Program-made: the position numbers and the translations under genes
Source of the DNA: an uncultured Candidatus Saccharibacteria bacterium
GTDB lineage: Bacteria > Patescibacteriota > Saccharimonadia > Saccharimonadales > JALRHH01
Assembly (NCBI GenBank): GCA_964590315.1
Contig: CAZPVS010000003.1
Coordinates: 16,699-80,698 of the forward strand
Reading direction: 5' to 3'
DNA: 64,000 nt
Shown: one piece after another, positions 17,698 through 28,300 of the stretch
Numbering within the stretch: position 1 is the first letter of the stretch
Layout: each line of letters begins with the position of its first letter
The notes under the pieces: generated by a model
Databases searched by the model: none
Told to the model about the DNA's origin: nothing
The model's input: only the letters and a program-made list of their open reading frames with translations

Positions 17698-17726
17698 ACA
17701 ATAGCAATTATGCCCGGGGTAGTCAA
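17698..17726 (-). promoter_or_regulatory. Sigma70-like promoter candidate for the HxH/GDPD cassette
   Basis: On the minus strand: TTGACT (17726-17721), a 17-nt spacer, then TATTGT (17703-17698). It lies between the terminator at 17756-17792 and the ATG at 17657. Confidence 0.35.
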
Positions 17727-17755
17727 TCTACCTATGAGGAGCGCCAGTAAGGCAC

Positions 17756-17792
17756 TAAAAAAGCAGGGATTGCGAGATTCCCTGCTTTTATT
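17756..17792 (-). terminator. Rho-independent (bidirectional-looking) terminator downstream of Kelch B
   Basis: AAAAAGCAGGGA-ttgcgagat-TCCCTGCTTTT. An 8-bp GC-rich stem is flanked by an A-tract and a T-tract. On the minus strand the stem is followed by TTTTTTAGTG. Confidence 0.6.
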
Positions 17793-18009
17793 GTAGTGCG
17801 TTTTTGTTTTTGTTTGGTTTGGAGTTTTCTGGTTTTGGTGCGTACCGTTCTGTGACGAACATATCGCTCAGCAAAACCTGATAATGATTATGATTGATTG
17901 TTTACAAGGATGCAAGTGCTTTTGAATAAAAAAGTGATTCATTTTCCACAGGTATGTACACATGTATTATCACCTCTGTAAAGTAATCCGTACGGAGCAA
18001 CAATACTAC

Positions 18010-21000
18010 CTATTGGCTCAGTTTGCATGTATCAAGTGGCTGCTGTGTCTCGTTGTAAAACCATTTACCACCAAATAAACGTTTATTGGGTGGCGGCACC
18101 GTGGGTGACGTATAGTAGACAGTAACGTCAGTCACCTCACTCTGTACCGATCCCCCGCCAACCGTAGCTGTTTCAGAGTCATCAAGAATTAATGTAATCC
18201 ACACATAATTTACCGTACCGGCGGCACATGCCAATGGTGGCTCAGATCCTGATCCCTGACTTGCCCCTGCTGCTGCAGAAAGTACCCCGTCAGAACCAGC
18301 TGTTTTATATTGCAACGAACTTTGTCCACTCAGTGTTCCGTTAAAATATACTGAATCAAAATCGAGTGCACCGCCAAGTTCTACGAGCTTAGAATAATGT
18401 GATATACGGGGTGTAATTTTAAGTGGTGCGTACTGAACATCATTAAAGTATGTGGGCACCGAATCTAAGCCTCCTGCCAAGTACAGTCGGCCTCCGTATA
18501 TAGCCACACCGCTGTCTGAACGAGGGTTAGTGAACATTTCTCTGTTTGTGCGCCATGTTCCGAGCGTTCCGTTAGCATTTATTGGCGCGTACTCCGTATT
18601 GAGCTGGTTTCCGACGGTATTTGTTCCCGTAAGTACGTACAATGATCCGTTGACAGCCTCCATTTTATGATAGCCTCTATCTGTCAAAAGATCGGCTGCA
18701 TAGTTCCAGCTTCCTATACTGCCATTGCTATTCAGGGGCGCGTACTGAACATCGCGATAGTAATTACCTGCTGAGTCTCTGCCCCCAGATAGATATATGT
18801 ATCCGTTATAAGCGGTTGTTCCGACAACCATACGAGATCCAGAAAAACTCGTACTAGCCGCCCATGTTCCTACGGTTCCATCTGTATTGATAGGTGCATA
18901 ATATGTCGTATCGTAGTAGGTAGCTCCATCACGCCCTCCTACTATATATAGGTAATTGTTATAGGCGGCGCTACCTGCATTGCCTCTCTTCGGGACACTC
19001 CCTGAAGAAAGATTCATAGTAGCAGGCGATGTCCATGCGCTTAAGCTGCCGTCACTATTTATGGTTGCGTACTCATAGGTATTAAGCCGCGTACCTCCGG
19101 TAGTTTCTCCGGTATATACATACACTCGATTGCCAGACACCCCAATCCCAAAATTATTCCGGGCAGTATTTAGGCTACTCCTTGCCGTCCAAGTACCGAG
19201 GCTGCCATCAGCATTAATTGGAGCAGAGTACACGTCATCAAGATACCCATCGGTTGGGTTATATCCCCCTACCGTGAAGAGATACCCCCTTGCGGCAAAT
19301 ATGTTGCCTCCGGAAAATCCATTTGTGTATATACTGCTGAGTCCTGTCGAAGTTGACCAAGCACCTATTGCGCCACTCCCCCCATTATTTAACCTAAAGC
19401 TGTATACTTTGCGATTTTGCGTCGTTGAATCGAATCCAGTTCTTCCGTTTATAAGAAAGACTTTGTCCTCTGAAACTGCTATAGCGTGCATTGCCTGTGC
19501 GTTTGTCATGCTCTGACCCACCGTCCAGCTACCCAAAGTACCATCAGAATTAATCTTTGCATATTCGACGCTATCAAGCACTGTTGCGTTATTGTCATCG
19601 CCACCTGCCACGTACAAGTAGCCGTTATAAGCGACTGCTTTATGACGTTGCCGTGCTGTATTAAGGGTGCTCGCACTTGACCATGTGGTGATACCGCCGC
19701 CGCTCGTAAGCTCTGTGTAATGAACTCTATCTTCGACGGCTCCGGCTCTCTGCCCACCGATAACGTACAAATACTTGCCATAAACCACAGCGGCCTCGTA
19801 GACACGCTGAATAGGAATTGTCTGTCCTGCTCCGTTGAGGAGCGTCCAGCTACCTACACTTCCGTCACTATTAATGGGCGCAGAGTATATCTTGTCATTG
19901 TCGGTATCGGTGTCTCCTAGTTGATAAATATAGCCGTTGTATGCGACAGCAGGATGACCAGCAACTGCAGCGGGATAGTTTGTTGCATTCGTAGTCCATG
20001 TACTCATTCCGCAGCCGGAGTTATTAAGCGTGGTGTACTGAATTGTATCAAGGGAGACTCCGTCGCTACCGCCAATCAAATAAATCCGTCCGTTGTAAAA
20101 TGCAAATCCAAAGTTTGATGTACCATAATTCATATATCGTGTGGGTGCTACGGCAGTCCAGGTGCCTAACGTATTAGCGCTCGAAATTGACGAATAGTAC
20201 ACCGTTGTAGAATAACCACCACCTGATCCACTATAGCCACCGACTAAATACATACAGCCCTTGTATGCAATTGCTGCGCCACCTGCTCTTCCTAAGTTAA
20301 TATTTACGGGTGACGTCGTGGAAGTACCGGTATCTGTTTCTGTCGTATAGTCCTGATTATGCCCCTGTGGGTTAATTGAAGCATATTGGACAGTATCCCT
20401 AGGTGCTCCATCCGTACCACCTGAAATATACAAATAACCCTTATACGCGACAAGAGCTGGGCCCCATACCTCATACGCTATATTACTCATCGTTCTTGGT
20501 TTGTCCACCGCCCCACTGGCAGTTACAAGAGCATATGTTGAGCCAGCAGTGCTATTAACGCCACCTGCCGTATATAGGTACCCATTATACGAAGTATATC
20601 CAAAGCGATAGTCTGTCTGAGGATAATTGTCCGCGACCGAGTTCGTCACCCAGGCTCCACTGTCAATACCTCCGGTTGCATTGATGGGCGCATATTGGAT
20701 GTCCGCATAAACTGTAGATCCCTCCAGGGTACCCCTTGTCACGTATAAGTAGCCGTTATAGGCAAACACTCCTGGATCCATTCTTATATTCGTAAATGAC
20801 GTGGTAGTCTGCCAAGCTGCGGTATCACCATTAGCTTTCAGGGCTGCAAACTGCACGGTTGCCGTGGGGGTTGATGAATTCCCACAGTTCGAAGTTGTTG
20901 TATTATTACCACCTGCAGCATACAGGTACCCGTTGTACACTGCGTACCCTGCCCGACAGACACCAAGCGACATGGTATTGGCGCTTGTCATCCAAGAGCC

Positions 21001-22347
21001 TACGGTTCCATCAGAGTTTATTTTGGCGTATTCCAGACTATCAAGAGCACCAATACTGTTGTTGAAACCCCCGTACACATATAGGTAGCCGTTGTATGCA
21101 GCAGCACCTAGGTAATAGCGGCCTGTCGTAAAAGAGGTGGTTGCGTTCCAGGCGCCAAGAGTCCCATCGACTGCGATTACGGAATAATACACAGTGTTAT
21201 AATTATTTGCGCTCGAGTTACGTCCCCCTAACGAATACATATAACCGTTATACGCGACCATCGCGTGAGTATAATTCGACCCTGGAAGAGCATAGGTCTG
21301 GCTCCAGTCGCCTGCCCTGCCACCAGTAGGTTCTGTGCGTTCTATCTGATTGGCTGTGCCGTACTCTATGTTGTCTTCGTTGTTTCCAGTCAAAAAATCA
21401 CTTGAGCTTGTCACAACGACGCTGGGGTCAAGGGAAAGCGGGTATGTTAGTTCTTCTAGTCCATCAGCGATAATACGTAGTCTGTTATCGTTCAAATAGA
21501 AGCGTGTCTCTGCACCCTTGCCATGCTGATCCTTAATATCTGGGGCTGGTATAGCAAATAGGAGGTGATTCTTGGGCGCTGTCTCCCGAGCATTCTGTAC
21601 CTTTACGCGGTCTTCATCACTGCCATACGTTACATTGCCGAATAGTGAAATATCTGCCGAATATATCCCTACCGAACCGTCCTGTTGCAGACGAGCTTCA
21701 AGCGTTTTGGGTAGCTTAAGATCGTAACTGTACTCAAGTTTTTCTCCTATGAAATGATTGAGTACAATGTCTTCTTTTATACCGTTCGTTTTAGCTGTGT
21801 ATACGATCTGTCCGCCATTACCGAATGGATAAATAATGCGTCCATCCCATAACTTGCCCTCTTGCATTTCAAAGTCTGGGGTCATGGTAAACGATTGTCC
21901 AGCCTGGTTATCGTAGAACGTAATCCCGCTGCTTGCATCAAGTGGCAAATCTACAGAGTACAGACTGTCGTCTTTCTCGCCTCCGCCCCCAACTTGCTTT
22001 CTCAGCTGACCGAGCGCTTCAGACACACCCTCCGCATCAGTTCCCTGCTGCTGTGCAATTGATGCTGCCTGGACAGCCTTGCCCGCCTTATTAAAGCTCC
22101 ACGCCCGTTTCTCAGCATCATACGCAAACTTTTGACTGAGATTGGGATTGGCAGATCCAACAACTTTCTCTGCCTGGGCACTCAAAGTATATTGTTCGAC
22201 ATCATGAATGAAGCCCAGAACGGGCATCAACATGCTCCATAGAAATACCGTGACAATAAAAAGGCGGAATAATCGGCCATGCCCAACGTGGTGGGTAATT
22301 CCCCTGCTCCCAAGTATGCGTAGTTTATTTTGCTTTTTGGTATTCAT
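18010..22347 (-). CDS. Giant membrane-anchored multi-Kelch beta-propeller surface protein (Kelch B, 1445 aa)
   Basis: Uninterrupted ORF starting 16 nt after the stop of fibre B. It has a TM helix (LFRLFIVTVFLWSMLMPVLGF) and an N-domain homologous to that of Kelch A. About 18 blades follow (YNGYMYSLGG, YNGYLYVYGG, YNGYLYAAGG, YKGYLYISGG, YNNYLYIVGG ...; about 18480-21300). The C-terminus reads NKRLFGGKWFYNETQQPLDT. Confidence 0.9.
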   Translation of the reverse strand: MNTKKQNKLRILGSRGITHHVGHGRLFRLFIVTVFLWSMLMPVLGFIHDVEQYTLSAQAEKVVGSANPNLSQKFAYDAEKRAWSFNKAGKAVQAASIAQQQGTDAEGVSEALGQLRKQVGGGGEKDDSLYSVDLPLDASSGITFYDNQAGQSFTMTPDFEMQEGKLWDGRIIYPFGNGGQIVYTAKTNGIKEDIVLNHFIGEKLEYSYDLKLPKTLEARLQQDGSVGIYSADISLFGNVTYGSDEDRVKVQNARETAPKNHLLFAIPAPDIKDQHGKGAETRFYLNDNRLRIIADGLEELTYPLSLDPSVVVTSSSDFLTGNNEDNIEYGTANQIERTEPTGGRAGDWSQTYALPGSNYTHAMVAYNGYMYSLGGRNSSANNYNTVYYSVIAVDGTLGAWNATTSFTTGRYYLGAAAYNGYLYVYGGFNNSIGALDSLEYAKINSDGTVGSWMTSANTMSLGVCRAGYAVYNGYLYAAGGNNTTTSNCGNSSTPTATVQFAALKANGDTAAWQTTTSFTNIRMDPGVFAYNGYLYVTRGTLEGSTVYADIQYAPINATGGIDSGAWVTNSVADNYPQTDYRFGYTSYNGYLYTAGGVNSTAGSTYALVTASGAVDKPRTMSNIAYEVWGPALVAYKGYLYISGGTDGAPRDTVQYASINPQGHNQDYTTETDTGTSTTSPVNINLGRAGGAAIAYKGCMYLVGGYSGSGGGYSTTVYYSSISSANTLGTWTAVAPTRYMNYGTSNFGFAFYNGRIYLIGGSDGVSLDTIQYTTLNNSGCGMSTWTTNATNYPAAVAGHPAVAYNGYIYQLGDTDTDNDKIYSAPINSDGSVGSWTLLNGAGQTIPIQRVYEAAVVYGKYLYVIGGQRAGAVEDRVHYTELTSGGGITTWSSASTLNTARQRHKAVAYNGYLYVAGGDDNNATVLDSVEYAKINSDGTLGSWTVGQSMTNAQAMHAIAVSEDKVFLINGRTGFDSTTQNRKVYSFRLNNGGSGAIGAWSTSTGLSSIYTNGFSGGNIFAARGYLFTVGGYNPTDGYLDDVYSAPINADGSLGTWTARSSLNTARNNFGIGVSGNRVYVYTGETTGGTRLNTYEYATINSDGSLSAWTSPATMNLSSGSVPKRGNAGSAAYNNYLYIVGGRDGATYYDTTYYAPINTDGTVGTWAASTSFSGSRMVVGTTAYNGYIYLSGGRDSAGNYYRDVQYAPLNSNGSIGSWNYAADLLTDRGYHKMEAVNGSLYVLTGTNTVGNQLNTEYAPINANGTLGTWRTNREMFTNPRSDSGVAIYGGRLYLAGGLDSVPTYFNDVQYAPLKITPRISHYSKLVELGGALDFDSVYFNGTLSGQSSLQYKTAGSDGVLSAAAGASQGSGSEPPLACAAGTVNYVWITLILDDSETATVGGGSVQSEVTDVTVYYTSPTVPPPNKRLFGGKWFYNETQQPLDTCKLSQ

Positions 22348-22363
22348 GTTGATTCTATTGTAC

Positions 22364-25300
22364 TTAATATTTACCGAGATAGTTAAGGGTTAAGTTACCG
22401 ACTCTCACATCACCATTCTGCGGTGACTGCACACGAATACGTAAGGTCATGTAGTCACCTGCCGTGTACGTACCGCTGCTCAACGTACAAGCGGTATTAT
22501 TTGCTGTCCATGTGCTGGTGCTGCCAGGTGTTACGCTGACGAAGTTACAGATGACAGAATCGGTAGAGTCACGAGCCTCCAGTGTAATTGTGCCGTTGGT
22601 AGTGTTTGATGTGTAGCCAGTGATAGAGAGCGGATTGCTCGCCCAGGTATCAAAGTCCTTGGGAATCGGCACCTGCACGACGATATCATAGCTCTGGTTG
22701 GTAGCTTGGGTAGTCGTCCACTTATAGTAATTCATTCTATTAGTGATATCGTAGCCACTGGTCATCGTACCAGTGTTGTTACTCATAGTACCGGCATCGA
22801 GTACTGAGCCTTGATACTCTGCTGCGTAGCGAATCGTCTCGGCATTTCGTGCAGTTCCTGCCAGGACAATTCCGCTGCCCGATAGGGTGATAGTATTGCC
22901 ACTATTGCCGACAACAACTTGCATGCCTGAGGTGTTCGCGGTGAGCAGCGCGACATTACCGGCAGTCTGTACCAGGAACGCTGAGGCTGACGTGGTGGTC
23001 ACAGAAGTGTTGCCATTAAGTGACGCCGTGCTGTTGGCAGTTAGACCCTGTGTCACCGTCAATGCCCCATTCACAGTTGTAGTGATACCGGTTCGGGAGA
23101 TAGATACGGCATTAGCATTGGTTGTACCGAGATTGAGGGTGGCGGCACCACCGGTATCGACAGTTAGGGTGTTTGCTCCACCACTCCTAATACTTAAGGC
23201 ACCGGAAGATACGAGGTTAGTGCTTGAACCAAGACTGACGGTGCCAGAACCAGCTTGGATCGTTAGATCACCAGCAGTCGTACTAACAGTACTTGCTGCG
23301 TTGCCAGTAATAGCAAAGTCATCTTGTGGGGTGAGGAGGTAGCTAGAGCCATTAGATTGCCCGGCGTAGATGGTGTTGGTGCCCGCGTCGCTAATACTAC
23401 TAGCGCCGGTGCCAGAATAGATGTTGTCGGAGAGATAGGTGTTGTCTGAGGCGGCATCGTTAACCTCTATGGCGTACCCAGTGCCGGCAGTATCGGTAAT
23501 AGTGTTGCTGGTGATGTGGGTACGGTCAGAGTCATTGACATAGATGGAGGAGTGGGCGGTGCTGGCAGTATTGTCTTTGAGGTTGTTGCTGGTAATGGTG
23601 TTGTCGGTACCACTGGTGATGCGGATACCGCTGCTGCCGCTACTAACGACGTTGTTGTTGGCTACCATGGTGAAGAATGAGGCACTTAGCCAGATGCCAT
23701 GACCAGTCATTCCAAAGAGTATGTTATTGGTGACAACGTTGCTCCGACCGTTGCCTATGTATATACCGTTGCCCGTGTTGGCCTGAAGGGTGTTGTTGGT
23801 GATGTTGTTGTAGGATGAAGTGTTGAGGCGGATACCGTCACTGATGAAGTTGCTAATCCAGGTGTTGGTCACAATACCACCCTGACGACTACCGGATTGA
23901 CTCCCCATACCTTCAAGGTAGATACCATACATGGTACCAGTCGTGTTCGTGGCTTTGTCACCATCCAACCGTACATCACGAATAACAACACCCGTACCCG
24001 TCGTAGTATCGGTGTTGGTGATCATGTTCTTGGTTTGGCCGGCGATGTTCGCAAACTGGATGAGGGTACCACGGCCAGCACCAGACAAGGTGGTGTTATT
24101 CGGGATAGAGATAACGTCATCAGTAGTAAAGGTACCTTCGAAGAGGTAGACCTTACCGCCAGCGGCAGCAGTTAAGGCACTGTTAATTTCTGTTTGGTCG
24201 CTCGTACCATCAGCTACGTAGTCGGCGCTGTCTTTAATAGCTTGGGAGGCATTACTCGGGGCAACCGTCTTGGTAGCAGTGGTTCTATCTGCCTGCCACT
24301 TACCGTTACTGTAGGTCAGGAGACTCTTGGTGGTAGTGTCAAAGTAGATCATGCCTTCGGTTGGAGAGCCTGGGCGGGAGGCGGTGTTACCGCCGGTGAT
24401 GGTGAGGGATTGGGAGGCGGCGAGGATGACGTTACCGTTAAACTGAGCGGTACTGTCTGTGGTAAAGGCCTGCGTCACTGTCAGTGCGCCGGCATTGATC
24501 GTGGTGATGCCAGCTTTACCGAGGGTGATAGCGGTTGCAGTAGTGGCACCAAGACTGAGCGTGCCGGCAGCGGCTGTGTCAACTGCAGGAGTTAAGACAC
24601 TCGTATCAGCGTAGAGGCTTCTCCAGCTAAAGGCAGCAGAGCCAAGGTCAATAGTATTGTCTGCACCGGTGAGGAGGCTGGTGTTAATGGCGACGGAGGA
24701 GAGGTTAGAGAGACTTTGGTTAGCAGCACCACCGGTAGTGGCACTTGAGCCTACTACACGCCAGCGCACTGTAGCGGAATCATACAATAGCTGAATAGTA
24801 GAACCGGCAGGAACAGTCAAGTCACCACCAGTACCGGTAATAATGCGGTTCACGTTCGTGCCACCACTTTCGTTGCGCACAATTAGCGACTGAGCCGCAG
24901 CGTTAACCAACGTAAGCAGCCTGCCATCTACAGGATTTGCGATACTCGTCAAAGTCTGAGTAGATGCACCAGTAAAGCGGAATAATACTCCAGAGCCTAG
25001 ATTAAGGTCGTTCAGAGTGCCTGTAGTGGAAATATTAGTGGTGTTACGCTGGAAGGCTACGTTGCCGACGTCGGTGACAGTCAGGGAGCCACTAATTTGA
25101 GTATTCTTATTTAGATTGATCTGAGTGGCGTTACTTGAGCCAATATTCAGTGCTGTTGCAGTGGCAGTATCAAGCAATGGCGTAACAACCGCCGTATCCG
25201 CCCGACCAGTACCGGAGATCCAGTAGTCTGCCGAGGACTGCTGTGCTAGGTTCTGGTTCTGGATGTAGTTACCAGAGCCTGAGCCAGCCGCAAACACCGC

Positions 25301-28300
25301 ACACGTTAATGTATCACCGACAGCCGTCACTGCTTCACCCGCATTACATCCGGTTGGGTAGTTCTGGAGGCCTGTCCAGTCAATGGTCAGGTTGTTAGCG
25401 ACTTCGCTATCACTCCAGGTGAAACCAAGTAAGCCAGAGTTAGTTAATTCATCCTTAGTGATGGTAGCGCCAAGCTTAGTAACGTTGGCACTGAGGGCAG
25501 CATCATCAACCGTACTGGTTGCACCAATGGTGAGCGTGTCAGAGACATTCACATCAGGTAGGGTGCCGGTAACGTGAGTACCTAAGTTAATCTGGTTAGC
25601 GGTAATGACCTGCCCGGCGAGACTCAGGTAGTTCTGCCCGGCGAGGGTGACGTCACCCGTGTTCGTACCGGAGCTACTACCGGAGAAGTTAGAGGCAGAG
25701 ATAGCGCCGGTAAAGCTACCGGTACCATCGACGGTTAGGTTACCACCAAGTAGTTCAAGGTTGCGGGTGTTAGCAATCTCGAGCGTAGAAACGTTCTGCG
25801 CAAGCCAGCTGTCTCCAATTGTGTTGGCACCGGTGAAGACTGCTAATGCACCGCTCGTACCGGATCCGGTAATCGTACCACCGGCTGCACCGTTATCATC
25901 GGCACAAGTGATGTTGCCAGAAGCATCAGTAGTGAGGACGCCACCGTTCGCGAAGGTCGTACAATTAAAGCCGCCCAGACGAATGTTACCGGCTGAGCTT
26001 AATATAATGTCGCCACTGGTTGAAGTCTGGAGGGTCAGATCAGCACCCGTACGGTTAATGGTACTAACGAAGTCGAGTTGTGACTCAATGCTGAAGATTG
26101 TACCGCTCAGGTCAAGGTCGTTGCCGGCGGTGTAGGTCGTATCAGTGTCGCTCGTCGCAAACACCGCACACGTCAGCGTGTCACCAACAGCCGTCACTGC
26201 TTCACCCGCATTACAGCCGGTTGGGTAGTTCTGAAGGCCTGTCCAGTCAATGGTCAGGTTGTTAGCGACTTCGCTATCACTCCAGGTGAAACCAAGTAAG
26301 CCAGAGTTAGTTAATTCATCCTTAGTGATGGTAGCGCCAAGCTTAGTAACGTTGGCACTGAGGGCAGCATCATCAACCGTACTGGTTGCACCAATGGTGA
26401 GCGTGTCAGAGACATTCACATCAGGTAGGGTGCCGGTAACTTCAGCGGCAAGATCAACACTCGTACCCAAGGTTGTCTCAAGAACACCAGCAACGACCTG
26501 AAGGCCGGTACCACTGAGATCCGTAAATGCATCACTGTTAAAGGTGAAGGTATCACCTGCTTCAACCGTAAGGCCACCGTTCAGGGTAATGAGACCGGTG
26601 AAGGTCTTGTTGCCGGCAAAGGTTTGGGCGCCAGTGGTCACAATGCCTGCTTCAGTAGCAGAGGCGGTACCGACAGTGAGGGAGATTTGGTCGGGGGCTG
26701 TTCCTGTATTTAGATTCCAGGTGACACCAGCAGTCGTACCGGAAGCGGTGGTGTTCACAAAGTTAGCACTATCGGCGTTTGTACCATTTACTTGTACATC
26801 GTCTCCGACGCCTGCCCCACCAGCATCGCTTCCACATACCAAGTTGCCAGAGGCATCGGTATCAATAGAATCACAATTGCTCAATCCAGAAACTCGGAGG
26901 TTTGCTGCGCCTGCACCACTGTTGTCTATGGCAAATGTTGTGTTGGCTGCATCAGCGAGATCGAATACAAAAGTTCCGGAGGCAGTCCGACGGATAGTTG
27001 TATCTGATGCATCAATTGTTAGAATGTTACTACCGGCATCCAGCGTAAGCGCCCCAGTACTTTGGAGCAATGGCGTGACGACAGCCGTGTCTGCCCGACC
27101 GGTACCGGAAATCCAGTAATCTGCCGAGGACTGTTGTGCTAGGTTCTGGTTCTGGATGTAATTACCTGAACCGGAGCCAGCTGCAAACACCGCACACGTC
27201 AGCGTGTCACCAACAGCCGTCACTGCTTCACCCGCATTACAGCCGGTTGGGTAGTTCTGAAGGCCTGTCCAGTCAATGGTCAGGTTGTTAGCGACTTCGC
27301 TATCACTCCAGGTGAAACCAAGTAAGCCAGAGTTAGTTAATTCATCCTTAGTGATGGTAGCGCCAAGCTTAGTAACGTTGGCACTGAGGGCAGCATCATC
27401 AACCGTACTGGTTGCACCAATGGTGAGGGTGTCAGAGACGTTCGCGTCAGGCAGGGTACCGGTAACTTCAGCGGTAAGATCAACACTCGTACCTAAGGTT
27501 GTCTCGAGTACGCCTGCCACAACCTGAAGGCCGGTACCACTGAGATCAGTAAATGCATCGCTATTAAAGGTGAAGGTGTCGCCTGCTTCAACCGTAAGGC
27601 CACCGTTCAGGGTGATGAGACCGGTGAAGGTCTTGTTGCCGGCAAAGGTTTGGGCACCAGTGGTCACGATGCCTGCTTCGGTAGCAGAGGCGGTGCCGAC
27701 GGTGAGGGAGATTTGGTCGGGGTCACTGACATTATTTAAGCCCCATGTGATGGCGGCAGCAGTACCTGTGGCAGTGGTATCTACGAAGTTTGCCCCGCTC
27801 GCACCAGTTCCGTTGACGCTTACATCATCGCCAAGCCCCCCTGATCCAGCGTCAGTTGCACAGACCCATTGATTCGAACCATTATATTTTAATATTTCGC
27901 CACTGACACAATCAATTAACGAGAGTCCGTTTCCGTCTACCTCCAGACCCTTGCTAGACTGAACCATCAGAGTCAGAACATTAGTACTTACCTGAAGACC
28001 GTTTCCGGTTAGGTCAGTAAACGCATCGCCGTTGAAAGTAATAGTGTCCCCAGTTTCAATTGCTAATCCACCATTTAATGTTGTAAGTCCAGCTACAGAT
28101 AAGGTACCCGTGAGACTGCTCACGCTAGAAATAGTCTGTCCGTTGTATGTTCCTGCTACAACATTGCCATTGCTCGCAACATCAAAGTTTGTGAAGTCAA
28201 TTACAACATTTGTGCCCTGGAGCGTGTTTGCATTAAGGTTGAGGTTACCAGTGAGTGTAAGTCCAGCAAAAGTAGGTGCAGCAGTTGTATCAATATTTTG

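Noticed and set aside
25290-27466. Regularly spaced near-identical repeats that could be mistaken for a CRISPR array or a tandem satellite.
   Set aside because: The units are 284-1026 bp, are in frame and encode recognisable protein modules. There is no short repeat/unique spacer alternation and there are no cas genes.
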